DNA of 64,000 nt from NCBI GenBank assembly GCA_964016885.1, contig OZ024744.1:72788001-72852000 (forward strand), in the 5' to 3' direction. The notes beneath the pieces were generated by a model. It was not told where the DNA came from. It saw nothing but the letters and a program-made list of their open reading frames with translations, and searched no databases. Below are positions 12,556 through 25,855 of the stretch, piece after piece (position 1 is the first letter of the stretch; every line of letters starts with the position of its first letter). The stretch is from Eledone cirrhosa. Taxonomy: Eukaryota. The position numbers and the translations under genes were made by a program.

Positions 12556-12588
<33 letters not shown>

Positions 12589-12626
12589 ACGTACATATAT
12601 ATATATATATGTATCTCTCTCTCTCT

Positions 12627-12670
<44 letters not shown>

Positions 12671-13044
12671 ATGAATCTATGTATATTATGTTCCTCAGTA
12701 AGAACTATATTATAAACACACACTGAATAACATTCTGAAAATTTTGCATGTAAATTTCTTTTTTATTTTATATATGTATGTGTGTGATTGTGTGATATTA
12801 GCAATTTTGATGTAATCAATTCAATTTTCTTTCCCTCTTCTTCTGGTTAATTTTTGCAAATGTTTTAGCTTGAAATTATGTGTTGAGATAAATATTGCTG
12901 TAATGTGGCAGAGTCACTTTGTTGATAAGTGTTAGATTTGGAAACTGAACAGCTGCGCCAAAGATCAGTGAACAGGTCATGGGAGTAAACTAAAATAATA
13001 ACAATCTATATACCTGTTTAATTATAGGCAAAGATGTTTACAAA

Positions 13045-13299
13045 TATATACATATATGTATGTATGTATGTATGTATGTATATATATACATATATGTATG
13101 TATGTATATATATATACATATATGTATATATATATATATACATATATGTATGTATATATATATACATATATGTATGTATGTATGTATATATATATATACA
13201 TGTATGTATGTATGTATGTATGTATATATATACATATATGTATGTATGTATATACATATACATATATATATGTATGTAAATATATATATATACATATAA

Positions 13300-13331
<32 letters not shown>

Positions 13332-13368
13332 TTATATATATATATAAATATGTATGTATGTATATATA
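13045..13368. repeat. (TA)n/(TATG)n microsatellite
   Basis: Directly visible; abuts the 5' end of the LINE. Confidence 0.95.
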
Positions 13369-14905
13369 TCGACCTTGAGAAAGCCTTTGACAGAGTTCCA
13401 CGTGGTGCGGTAATCTGGTGGGCTCTTAGAAAACTAGGAGTAGATGAATGGCTTGTGAAAGCTGTACAAGCCATGTATAGGGGAGCAGTCAGCAAAGTTA
13501 GGATTAGCAATGAGTATAGCGAGGAATTTAGCGTTCAGGTTGGGGTCCACCACGGCTCTGTTCTTAGCCCTCTCCTGTTCATCATAGTCCTGCAGGCAAT
13601 AACGGAGGAGTTTAAGACCGGATGCCCATGGGAACTCCTGTATGCTGATGACCTCGCACTCGTAGCTGAATCTATGGTAGAACTAGAGAATAAATTCCAA
13701 ACCTGGAAGCAGGGACTAGAGAGAAAGGGCCTCAAAGTCAACATGACAAAGACTAAGGTCCTTGTAAGTAGACGAGAAAACAGAACCCAGATCCCCTCAG
13801 GGAAATGGCCTTGCTCAGTATGTAGGAAAGGTGTAGGTAGGAACTCCATTCTCTGCCCCAAATGCAAACAATGGGTACACAAGAGATGTAGCGGGATCTC
13901 AGGAAGCTTAATTAAGAATGTAGGATTCACATGCAGCAGCCGTGCTGAAACAGCAAGCAAACAGCCACAGGAAACAAGTACCACCAATCTCTGGGAGGGC
14001 CCTGTAGAAACAGTAGACAGCTTCTGCTACCTAGGTGACCGAATTAGCAACGGAGGTGGGTGCTCAGAAAGTACAATAACTAGGGTAAGGACGGGATGGA
14101 AGAAGTTTAGGGAACTACTACCACTGCTAGCTGCAAAAGGCTTCTCCCTCAGAATGAAAGGCAGACTGTATGATGCGTGTATCCGAACAGCGATGTTGCA
14201 TGGTAGTGAGACCTGGGCGCTGAAGGTGGAAGACTTACGTAGATTAGAGAGAAACGAAGCCTGCATGCTCCGATGGATGTGTAACAGTAATATACGTGAA
14301 CGACAAAGCATAAAGGAATTGAGAGAGAGACTGAGCATAAGAGGAATCAAATGCTGCGTGCAGGAGAGGCGGTTACGCTGGTATGGACATGTGATGCGTA
14401 TGAAGGATGACAGCTGCATAAAAAGGTGCAGAGCACTAGAAGTTGATGGAAACCGCGGAGTGGGGAGACCCAAGATGACTTGGGATGAGGTGATAAAAGC
14501 CGACCTTACCCAACTACACCTCTCAAAGACAATGACACACGACCGTGACTTCTGGCGTCACGCAGTAATACAGGGTACCCGACCTCCCATGGGTACATGC
14601 TGAATCATATAAACAATATGCCCCCACTCCCCCCACCGCAAGGTGGTCGTGGAGGTGCCACGGCAAAAAAGCACCCAGCCCACACTGTAAAGTGGACGTG
14701 TAGGCGCCACGAAAAAGCACCCAGCACTCACTGTAAATGAGGTTGGTGTTAGGAAGGGCATCCAGCTGTAGAAATCAAGCCAGATCAGTTCCTGTATGAG
14801 CAAGGCATGGTCAGCCGACCAGACACTGCCCACAACAGGACAACCCGTCTAACCCATGCTAGCATGGAAGAACGGACGTAAAATGGTGATGATGATGATA
14901 ATGAT
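13369..14905 (+). mobile_element. RTE LINE (subfamily A), 5'-truncated in the RT; ORF open to 14603
   Basis: [42 protein letters not shown]; 3'UTR and (GAT)n tail. Confidence 0.95.
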
Positions 14906-14955
14906 ATATATATATAAATACATATATATATATATATATAAATACATATATATAT

Positions 14956-15108
14956 GGAGGCATATGGCTTAGTGGTTAGAGCATGTAACTCACTGTAAAT
15001 GAGGTTGGTGTTAGGAAGGGCATCCAGCTGTAGAAATCAAGCCAGAATCAGTTCCCGTCCCACCCTTGCAAGCAGGGAAAAGCGGACGTAAAATGATGAT
15101 GATGATGA
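14956..15108 (+). mobile_element. Internally deleted CORE-type SINE (head joined directly to RTE-derived tail)
   Basis: ggaggcatatggcttagtggttagagcat followed by ctcactgtaaatgagg...gcaagcagggaaaag(GAT)n. Confidence 0.75.
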
Positions 15109-15127
15109 TATATATATATATATATAA

Positions 15128-15170
<43 letters not shown>

Positions 15171-15213
15171 CATATATATATATATAAATACATATATATA
15201 TATATATATATAA

Positions 15214-15248
<35 letters not shown>

Positions 15249-15299
15249 CATATATATATATATATATATATATAAATACATATATATATATATATATAA

Positions 15300-15344
<45 letters not shown>

Positions 15345-15345
15345 C

Positions 15346-15382
<37 letters not shown>

Positions 15383-15387
15383 AATAC

Positions 15388-15424
<37 letters not shown>

Positions 15425-15440
15425 AATACATATATATATA
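15109..15440. repeat. (TA)n array with periodic AAATAC interruptions
   Basis: Directly visible. Confidence 0.95.
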
Positions 15441-15442
15441 TG

Positions 15443-15746
15443 ATCATTCATCATCATTTTATTTTATGTCTGCTTTTTCCCTGCTTGCAAGGGTGGGACG
15501 GGAACTGATTCTGGCTTGATTTCTACAGCTGGATGCCCTTCCTAACACCAACCTCATTTACAGTGAGTGCTGGGTGCTTTTTTGCCGTGGCACCTCCACG
15601 ACCACTTTGCAGTGGAATGATATAGACCCCAGTCCCTATCATCTCATTTCTACAGCTGAGTAAACTGGAGCAATGTGAAATAAAGTGTCTTGCTCAAGGA
15701 AACAACACATCACCTGGTCTGAGATTTGAACTCACAACCTTTCGAT
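15443..15746 (-). mobile_element. CORE-type SINE, 5'-truncated
   Basis: Reverse complement of the 18466-18783 body and tail. Confidence 0.85.
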
Positions 15747-15774
15747 ATATATATATAAATATATATGTGGGGAG

Positions 15775-17480
15775 TAGGTTATAGTTCACTTGAAGCATTG
15801 TGTAATGAGGTATAAACGTTTGTATATGTATAATCAAGCCAAAACAATGCAGTATGGACATAGAATAAAGAATGCAAATGCAAAAGATATTGTTGACAAT
15901 TAGTCTTTTACCTTAGATTTATTTAAATGTCCTTAATTTTCGAGATAATATCTCTTCTTCAGAGCGAAGTAAAGTTGTCAACCAGTGTTCTAAATTACTT
16001 GCCAAGTCATGCTGACAGGTATAGAGTATCTGTGCTATCTCTAATGTCATTATTGAAAACGAAGTAATTGTTCTCCGAGATAAATTTGAGTCCCTCTAGT
16101 CAACCTAAACTCCAACATCCCCCACAACCTAGGAATAGAAGCTATCCAATTCTGGCTGGATAATTTCCACAATGAACTCCCACAACGCATCAAAAAAGAA
16201 TTTGTGATAGAGGGACTCAAATTTATCTTGGAGAACAATTACTTCGTTTTCAATAACAAACCCTACAGGCAGAAATCTGGGACTGCTATGGGAACGAAAA
16301 CATCCCCCACTTATGCCAACCTAGTCATGGGATACCTGGAAATCACCCTCTACACTAAAGTCCTAAACAAATTTGGAAACAACCTCCACTTACACATTGA
16401 AAGGAACTGGAAGCGATATCTAGATGACTGCTTCATCCTTTGGCACGAAAACATCGAAAAACTTAAAGAATTTCACACCCTTATAAATGGGCTCAACACG
16501 AATATTAACTTCACGATGGAATACAGCCATCAACAACTCCCCTTCCTCGACATCCTCATTAAGATCCATAACAAAAAAATAGAAACAGACATATACTACA
16601 AGCCCACAGACTCCAAGCAATATCTCCCTTTCAACTCTTGCCACCCTAGACACGTTAAAATTAATATTCCCTACAACTTAGCCAAGAGAATCTGTACTAC
16701 AGTCTCCAATAAAAACACCTGCTACTTACGGCTACAAGAACTAAAGGACACACTCATAGGCAGGGACTACCCTGCATCACTAATTGACAATGGAATCCAA
16801 CGTGCCCTAAAACTCAGTACCCAGGACCTTAGACACCCTAAAGTAAATCAACCGAAACTAAAAGCTCTTCCATACATCTCCACACACAACCCCCTCAACA
16901 ATGACGCCTTTGACACCATCCTCAAGAACATCCCTGTGTTGAAAAAGGACCATAGAATGAACCAAATCCTACGAACACACGATATCATAAAGAGCAAAAG
17001 ACAATCCAAGTCAATGAAAAACATCCTAACACATGCCAAAGTACTGCCAACCACAACAACAAAACCCACAGTAAAAAAATGTGATAGACCCAACTGTGGC
17101 ATTTGCATCAACCTAATAGAGGGTTCGGAATTCTATTTCAAAGAAGGACAACGTTTTATAGTAAAACACACACAATTTCACATGTGCATCGGAAAATCTA
17201 ATATATGTATTAACTTGCTCAGGTTGTCGAGAACAATACATAGGCCAGACCAAAAACAGCCTCCGCCAACACATGACTGTCCATAGATCCCAAATTAAAA
17301 TACGGGAATACAGGAAAATACCACCGAGTGAACACATTGATACCTGTGCCGCCCCAAATCATCCCAACTTCAGAATCTTTCCCCTCTACAAATTTAAAGA
17401 TAATGCCACCCAGCGCATCAGCAAGGAATCTTACTTCATTAACAAATACGGACCCCGTCTAAACACTTCTCCCTAAGATG
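15775..17480 (+). mobile_element. Penelope-like element 2: inverted pLTR (15775-16049, minus strand) plus RT/GIY-YIG ORF remnant (16099-17476)
   Basis: GTAMGTKTSPTYANL, RYLDDCF, PFLD, YYKPTD, Cys linker CDRPNCGIC, then frameshifted NLIYVLTCSGCREQYIGQT. The inverted segment matches the PLE-1 pLTR. Confidence 0.9.
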
Positions 17481-17576
17481 AACCCACAACATACACACGT
17501 CAGCACACATCTCTACCCACATATAAACACAATAACATACGTAAACATACATGCTCTATGGTGCAACACAAAAAAA

Positions 17577-17632
<56 letters not shown>

Positions 17633-17925
17633 ATATATGTGTGTATATATATATATATATAGTGAATATCATTTCACACCTTTTATTGTTAAGAATTTTG
17701 ATGTTCTATTAAGAGAACCGATTTTACTGAAAAAATCGAATGTACACCATTTTACCAGAGGGAAAAAATACTGGTCCACACACATACACACATATATACA
17801 CACACACACACATATACACACGCGTACATTAACATACAAAGAGACTTATACACACACACACACACACACACTTCTCCGTATAAGACAAAATCTGAAAAAT
17901 ATCTTTTGACATGCTAAAATGAACC

Positions 17926-17978
17926 TTTGATGAGTTGTAGTGCACTTGAGCACTGTACACAGTAATTTCATTATTATT
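17926..17978 (+). mobile_element. CR1-type LINE extreme 3' end
   Basis: tgatgagttgtagtgcacttgagcactgtacaca..ttcattattatt matches 48661-48712. Confidence 0.75.
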
Positions 17979-18465
17979 TTATATAATATAAAATAAAACT
18001 TTATATCTGTACAACTTGTTGCCCATGCCCAGGAATTTTCTAGAATGCTTCTAGGGATCAAATAAGGTTTTAAAAAATCTGTATGTTTGTAAAGAGTTTG
18101 GAAGAAAAATTGTTGAAGTTAATAAAGAAATATATGATAAGAGATCTCCAGTTGGTGATGAATTGTTGTTAAATTCCTATCTATGCCAGTCATCCTATAC
18201 TTCAAATCATTCACAAGAAACTTGTTCTGTGAGATCTAGATAAAATTGTTACATTATACAAAAAATAACACACTTACATATCAAATACATGTATGCACAC
18301 ACATACTGAGCAGACTGTTTATCTATCCCATACATACATTCGTACATATATACATACATATACAAACATACAAACATACATACATTCACGTGTGTATTAT
18401 CATCCTCATCATAATCAAATGTCTGTTAAAGGAGGCGGGCAATGATTATATATATATATATACAT

Positions 18466-18783
18466 GGAGGCACATGGCTTAGTGGTTAGAGCATTGGGCT
18501 TGCAATCGAAAGGTTGTGAGTTCAATTCTCAGACCGGGTGATGTGTTGTTTCCTTGAGCAAGACACTTTATTTCACATCGCTCCAGTTTACTCAGCTGTA
18601 GAGTGGTACACTGCAAAGTGGTCGTGGAGGTGCCACGGCAAAAAAGCACCCAGCATTCACTGTAAATGAGGTTGGTGTGAGGAAGGGTATCCAGCTGTAG
18701 AAATCAAGCCAGAATCAGTTCCTGTCCCATCCTTGCAAGCAGGGAAAAAGTGGACGTAAAATGATGATGATGATGACGATGAT
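18466..18783 (+). mobile_element. tRNA-derived CORE-type SINE with RTE-derived tail
   Basis: A-box tggcttagtgg, B-box gagttcaattctc, CORE-like ccttgagcaagacacttta...ccagtttactcagctgta, RTE UTR tail, (GAT)n. Confidence 0.85.
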
Positions 18784-18794
18784 AGATATATATA

Positions 18795-19978
18795 GGGTCT
18801 CAAAGTCAACCTGACAAAGACTAAGGTTCTTGTAAGTAGACAAGAAAACAGAATCCAGATCCCCTCAGAGAAATGGCCTTGCTCAGTATGTAGGAAAGGT
18901 GTAGGTAGGAACTCCATTCTCTGCCCCAAATGCAAACAATGGGTACACAAGAGATGTAGCGGGATCTCAGGAAGCTTAACTAAGAAGGTAGGCTTCATAC
19001 GTAGCAGCTGCGCTGGGACAGCAAGAGGCAAACGGCCACAGGAAACAAGCACCACCAAACTCTGGGAGGGCTCTGTAGAAACAGTAGACAGCTTCTGCTA
19101 CCTAGGTGACCGAAGTAGCGGCGGAGGTGGGTGTTCAGAAAGTACAATAACTAGGGTAAGAACGGGATGTAAGAAGTTCAGATAGCTACTGCCACTGCTA
19201 GCTACAAAAGGCTTTCCCTCAAAATGAAAGACAGACTGTATGATGCGTGTATCCGAACAGCAATGTTACATGGTAGTGAGACCTGGGCGCTGAAGGTGGA
19301 AGACTTGCGTAGATTAGAAAGAAACGAAGCTTGCTTGCTCCGATGGATGTGTAATAGTAATATACGCGAACGACAAAGCATAAATGAATTGAGAGAGAGA
19401 CTGAGCATAAGAGAAATCAAATGCTATGTGCAGGAGAGGAGGTTGTGTTGGTATGGACATGTGATGCGTATGAAGGATGACAGCTGCATAACAAAGTGCA
19501 GAGCACTAGAAGTCGATGGAAGTCACGGAGTGGGGAGACCCAAGAAGACCTGGGATAAGGTGATAAAAGCCGACCTTACCCAATTACACCTATCAAAGGC
19601 GATGACACACGACCGTGACCTCTGGCGTCACACAGTAATACAGAAGACCCGGCTCCCCACGGGTACAAGCCGAAGCTGAAGCATATAGACAATATGGCCC
19701 CCACCCCACTGCAAAGTGGTCGTGGAGGTGCCACGGCAAAAAATTCCCCAGCCCACACTGTAAAGTGGACGTGTAGGCACCATGGAAAAAAGCACCCAGC
19801 ACTCACTGTAAATGAGGTTGGTATTAGGAAGGGCATCCAGCTGTTGAAATCAAGCCAGAATTATTCCTGTATGAGCAAGACAAGGTCAGCCGACTGGACA
19901 CTGCCCACAACAGGACAACCCGTCTAACCCATGCTAGCGTGGATGAACGGACGTAAAACGGTGATGATGATGATGATA
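18795..19978 (+). mobile_element. RTE LINE fragment (subfamily A), frameshifted
   Basis: Homologous to 13728-14905; ORF 19224-19679. Confidence 0.92.
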
Positions 19979-20024
19979 TATATATATATATATGTGTGTA
20001 TACATACATATACATACATACATA

Positions 20025-21565
20025 TATATATAACGTTAAAAAAAATAGAAGGCTAAACAATGCAAAATGGACTGTAAGATGAGGCAACGAAAAGTGAGTT
20101 ACTTAGTAGTCTTTGTTTTTTGTTGTTGTTCTTTTTTCTGTCTAATATTTCAGGACCTAAAAGTCCCTTCTGCTAGGTTTAAGGAACTTTCAGTAGATAC
20201 TGTTCCAATTTCCTCTCTCTGGGATTAAATTTTGATTTTGATTTAAATCTTTTTAATTTGAATCTGCGGGTCCTGTGTTTTCTTCACCCAATACATAGAT
20301 GATATACTCATCCTCACATCATCCCATGACGTGGCCTACATAATATCTATGGCATTTTCATACACAGATAACAACATGATTTACCACAGAACAATCCTGA
20401 TAAAAATGGTTCCTTGTCTCTGCTGGATTTCCAAGAATAAGGTACTATATACACCAACTTCTAGAGGAAAGGTGCCAGCAGAGACTTGTTTGTGCATGAG
20501 ACATCAGCCCGCCCCTTGGTGCTAAAACTAGATACATAAGAAATGAACTTATGCGTATCTGGAATAAAAGTGGCAAGACAGAGGACCAGATCACTCACAC
20601 TACACACTTCATAGATGTACTGAAGACGAATGGATACCCAAAATCCACAGCGAATGGATTTAAGAATTGAAGGCACCACAGGTATATGACTTCCTCTAAC
20701 ACCTGCCTCATGAAAATACCACATTTCAGCAAAAGCACAACCACAGCTATCCGTAAAGAAGGACTGGACATACAATTAGTACACTCTGGCCCTTTACTGC
20801 ATGGATACCTGTCTGAAATGCAATCCAGAGACAACAACAATCAATGCTCACTGGCTAACTGCCCTATCTGTGATAATGGTATGTGCAACGGACACATATG
20901 GTATACCAGATTGAATGCAAAAAATGTAAGGAGTTTAATATTGGTAGCATGACTTGAGAACTTCACAATTGCATTAAAGAACACCTCAACACATGCACAT
21001 CATCATTCAAAAAACATATTGACAAATGTAGAAACATCAACCAAGATAATACTGTTACCTTTAAAGCCAGTGATAGATATGTGGACAACTTAAGTATAAA
21101 GGAAGCATTGCTCATATGTAGACTCAACCCACAAATAAATAATAGATTGGAACTCAGCACACAGTACTTGACATAAAAAGACACACACCCACAGGCACAC
21201 AAATTAAGCATCTCATACAAAATAGAAAATTGATTTTGTGAAATACTTTGACAATTGATGTCATTCACGTGGAAAGCAAAATAACCACAAAAAACACTTG
21301 AAAACGATTTAGGAAAAAATTTAAATCAAAATTTAATCCCAAAGAGAGGAAATTAGAACATTATCCACTGAAAGTTCCTTAAACCCTGATGAAGGGACTT
21401 TTCATTCCCAAAATATTGCACAACAACGAAAAAAAAAACAAAAACAAAGACTACCAGGTAACTTTTACTTTTCGTTACCTTATCTTACAGTCCATTTTGC
21501 ATTGTTTAGCCTTCTATCTCTTTCAACGTTATATATTATATAAAATGCTTCAAGCAAACTACAAC
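20025..21565 (+). mobile_element. Penelope-like element 3, degenerate, with inverted 5' pLTR (20025-20250) and 3' pLTR (21320-21565)
   Basis: Peptide NTCLMKIPHFS..KEGLDIQLVHSGP is homologous to PLE-1; GIY-YIG remnant. The terminal ~220 bp are inverted copies of each other. CTGATGA at 21386. Confidence 0.85.
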
Positions 21566-21591
21566 ATTTTATTGTATATATATATATATGT

Positions 21592-22307
21592 GTAATATAA
21601 TATACGGGAACGGCAAAGCACAAATGAACTAAGTGAGAAATTAGGAATAAGAGGGATCAGATGCTGTTTACTTGAGAGAAGACTACGTTGGTATGGCCAC
21701 GTGATGCGCATGAAAGACAACAGCTGTATAAAAAAGTGCAGGGCGATCAAAATTGACGGTAGTTACGGAGTAGGTAGACCCAGAAAAACCTGGGACGATC
21801 TGATAAATTCCGACCTTACACACACCTCTCTAAGACGATGTCACTGGACCGAGATCTTTGGCACCACGCAGTAATACAGAAGACCCGCCTTGCCTAAGTA
21901 CAAAGCGAAACCTACAGTCAGTAGGCACCTCTTGACCAAATATACACCCCAATCCACTACCCTACCTATCCTCCCACTCCCACCAACTCCACCCCCTCTC
22001 TGTAAAGTAGGTACCACAACATCCAGTTCAAATAAATGAGATAATGAGATCAAGATCGTGTAGGTGTCACGACAAAAAAACACACAGTCCACGCTGTAAT
22101 GTGGTCGTGTAGGTAACATGGTAAAAAGTTCCCAGTCCACACTGTAAATGTGGTTGGTGTTAGGAAGGGCATCCAGCCGTAGAAAACCTGCCAGATAGTC
22201 CTATATGAGTGAGACACGGTCACTCGACCAACATTGCCTCAAGTGGGACAACTCTTGTCTAACCCATGCTAGCGTGGAAGATGGATGTTAAATGAAGATG
22301 ATGATGA
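21592..22307 (+). mobile_element. RTE LINE 3' fragment (subfamily B)
   Basis: Similar to ~160-820. Confidence 0.88.
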
Positions 22308-22623
22308 TATATATACGCACACACATATATGTATATATATTTGTATGTATGTACATAACAAACCCATACACACATAAATGTATGTATATATATTTGTATG
22401 TATGTACATAACATACCCATACACACATAAATATATGCATATATGTTGTGTATAACTCATGGTAACCATACAGTTCTATTTGTTGATGATCTGATTTTGT
22501 CAACAGCTGTTCATTTTTCTCTCTCCTTTTGGCAGCTGTCTTGCCTACAAATAGATTGTCAGAGTTTAGACAAACCAACTGGTTCTATCTTTACTCTCTC
22601 TCTCTCTCTCTCTCTCTTTCTCA

Positions 22624-22660
<37 letters not shown>

Positions 22661-23419
22661 TGGCCCTCTTTCTCTCTTCTCAATGGTATCAACAGACTTG
22701 CATCCATCCAGTCAGTTGAAAAACTTGCCAAAACTTTCTAAAACACTGCTATCATCCATCATTTTTGTTGTTGTCATTGTTTGTTTTTTGTTTTATTTTG
22801 TTGTTTGTTTCTTGGTTCAACCTCTCTGTGATAGATAATATTTTATTTACCTGTCCTTTGTATAAAACTCACCTTTACCATCAGTTTGACATGTCTAGCA
22901 GCAGCAAGCAGCATATTGGATATAATGAATAACATTTCTACAATGCTTGAAATGTAGAAATTGTTTTGTGTACACAACAACACACCTTATAAATTTTATT
23001 ATTTTGTTGTTGAGAACAAATCGTTTTAGTTTTAGTTGTTGTAGTTGCTATCATTGTGGTTGTTATTGTTGTTGTTACTTTGCTGTTTGTTATAGGTTTA
23101 AGCTCTCACTTGATGCCTTTGTGAGTTTAGCATTTATTTTTGTAGTAAATAATTGGTTTTAAATTAACAAATTGTCTATATGTGAAATGTCATAGTCTGC
23201 ATGTTAAGAAAGGTCATATCTATTCTTAAGTGATAACTTCCATAATAGTGTAGGTCTTGCAACATAAGAAAAGCATTCCTTGGCTAATTTATTCTCCAGT
23301 TTGCTTTCTTTGGGTGTGATTGAGAATGGTAAGTAAGAAAAGAAGCTGTAGTTGTAATAGTAATAATAAAAATAATGACAATAACAATAATAACAGCAAC
23401 AACGTCAATAACAATAGTA

Positions 23420-23935
23420 ACAAAAATTTCTTTATTAGCCACACAGGGCCCACATTAAGGAAACATTAAAGATGATACAGTGTGGGTTTTACTTTGTGTA
23501 AAATAAAATTTCAAACCGAGACTAAGAAAATAAACATTTAAAACAAACATAACCTCCCCCAAAGTTGAGGAGACTCTAAAGGTCAATCGTGTAAAAATCC
23601 CATAAAAGCCACAGTCACCCTGTCAGGCATATGCTCAAGGCAGGCCCATACACACGGACCATGTTTACCACTCTCATCCACCTGTCAACAAACTAGTTGG
23701 AAGGCAGCACTTGCTTCTCCACCCTGATTTTCCTCTTCAAGTGAAATCTTAAAAATCAAGGCTTCACCGAAAAAGAAATTAGCTGTCTTCAATCCTTTCA
23801 AATGCATCCTCCACATGACCTCTTCTGCCATGGCCACCAGGCAGATAAAAACTCCCTGTCCTTCCCCTCTAAAGGAGGATGGTGGGGGCGATCTTCACAA
23901 TGGGCTCAGTTGATAGTCGGATTCGTTCTACATGC
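23420..23935 (-). mobile_element. Probable Tx1/L1-group LINE 3' end, degenerate
   Basis: Minus-strand peptide GVFICLVAMAEEVMWRM, with AATAAA near the end followed by a simple-repeat tail. Confidence 0.45.
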
Positions 23936-24444
23936 ATAATGATGTCTTTATCATTGTTTTTTATGGTGTTATATGCAGTACCATATAGAAGATAAAGTAG
24001 ATGACAATCAATAGATGTAAAATATCTGCACTCCAGAAGAATCTTGTATGTGTGAATCTCAATAAATCTGCTGACTATTTAGATGCCAGATAAGAGATTT
24101 TCAATAAATGCTATGCCTTCAGTAAACATCTGCCGAAAAACTGGAAAGATATACCCCTAGCCAATTGTATGGATTAATTAATAGCTATTCACCAAGAGTA
24201 CTTACACATATTATCTTCTCATTCTTCAACACCCTTGCTATAAACTTCAATTTTAATGTCTACTTCCTTCTATATCTCCAAAGCAGGATGTCCTTTACCT
24301 TAATAGTCTCTGTCAATTACAATGTCAACCTTTTCTTCCAAGTCAATACATTAGACAGAACTTCCTTTTCTATTATCAGTAAGTTATACATTCTCAAGAA
24401 TTCAACTTTTTGATTATATATTTATGTGTGTGTATGTATATAAC

Positions 24445-24446
<2 letters not shown>

Positions 24447-24510
<64 letters not shown>
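24447..24510. repeat. (CT)n-(GA)n perfect palindrome
   Basis: Centre TCGA at 24479-24482. Confidence 0.95.
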
Positions 24511-24511
<1 letters not shown>

Positions 24512-25380
24512 CAGGGAAGGAGAGATGAATGGATCTTTAGAGAAAGAAAGAGAGAGAGAGCGATACAATTAAGCTGAGGTCAACTTTCATTCTTTCAAGG
24601 TTTTTCAAAAAAAACACAGAAGTCTTTTACTGATATTGAGTTTTCTTGTTTGCTCCCTTTCACCACCCCCCACCCTCCCAAATCCGCCTGGGAAAAATTT
24701 GGCTGTAGTGAAACGTGGAAAAGAATGGTCGCATATGATATGATGGCACCCTAGCAATTCCATAAGCAGTTGAAGGCTTAGTTTGCTGTTACTATTTATT
24801 ATAATCCTTTAGACCATATCAAGAAGTTTAATACTGGTTCTTCATGGTAATCTCTCTATGGAATTCCTCTCCTGGAGCTCCTTCCATATTGCTGAATCTT
24901 ATCTGCCTTCATCAGTGAATATGTCTCCTAGGAAATAAAATGTTTGCACACTTTCTGTATTTTCACATCATTTCCAAGATCCATCTCAACACCCCAGCTT
25001 CCCCAATAGAACATTTGCAGCTTCTCCAACAGAACAACAGTTTGCTGGACTCAATTTATTTAAGCTCTCTGTGTTCTTTCCAGTTACACAATTACACATA
25101 TTATACAATAATATTATAGTTTGCTTGAAACAAATGATTTACTATTAGGAAGCCTCTACAATGAAAATGGAGCTCTAAATATCTAAGTAACAATTCCAGA
25201 AAGAGAAATAAATTATAAAAACAAGGAAATCAGAATGTTACCATGGAAATATTTAAGAGTTCCTTATATTTCAGGCAAAATATACATTGATGAAGTAAAG
25301 CATATTGAAGGAATGGAGAATGGAATCAAGCATCCATTCCATTATGCTTTTGTTTTTATGTTTTGTTTTTCTAGCATTAT

Positions 25381-25855
25381 CTTCTTCTTTGCCCACTTAT
25401 TCCTAAGAGGGTCATGGTGTCTAATTCCTCAAACACTCCTTCCAGCGGCTCCTATCAAAAGCAACTGTCTCCAACTGATCCGGCTGAAGCCCCAAGCGTG
25501 ACCAGCTAAGCATGTTATCCAACCGTCTTGCTCAGGGTCTACCCCTGGATCTCCTGCTGGTTGGTTTTGCTCATAAAATCTTTCCAGCAATTCTTTCCTG
25601 GGACATTCTAACCACATGCCCATAGTATCGGAGCTGCGATCTCTCAATTCAGAGAAGTAGTGGTTCTACCTGGAGGGACTCTCTGATCTCTAAGCTATGC
25701 ACTTTATCGAGTAATGTTACTGCAAAGGCTTTTAGGAGGAATCCCATTTTGGCTGCTTGTATTCGTGATTGTATTCTTTCAGTCATTACCCAAGATTCAT
25801 GACCATAGGTAAGAGTTGGCATGAAAACTGAATTGAAGATAGATATCTTTGTATT
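25381..25855 (-). mobile_element. RTE LINE (Expander/Rex3-like subfamily D) 3' fragment
   Basis: PTLTYGHESWVMTERI..SLEIRESLQVEPLLL..RSQLRYYGHV; (AAG)n tail. Second copy at 57238. Confidence 0.85.

Noticed and set aside
13056-13368. N-terminal part of the 515-aa ORF fused to the RT
   Set aside because: Chance in-frame read-through from a microsatellite into a 5'-truncated LINE.
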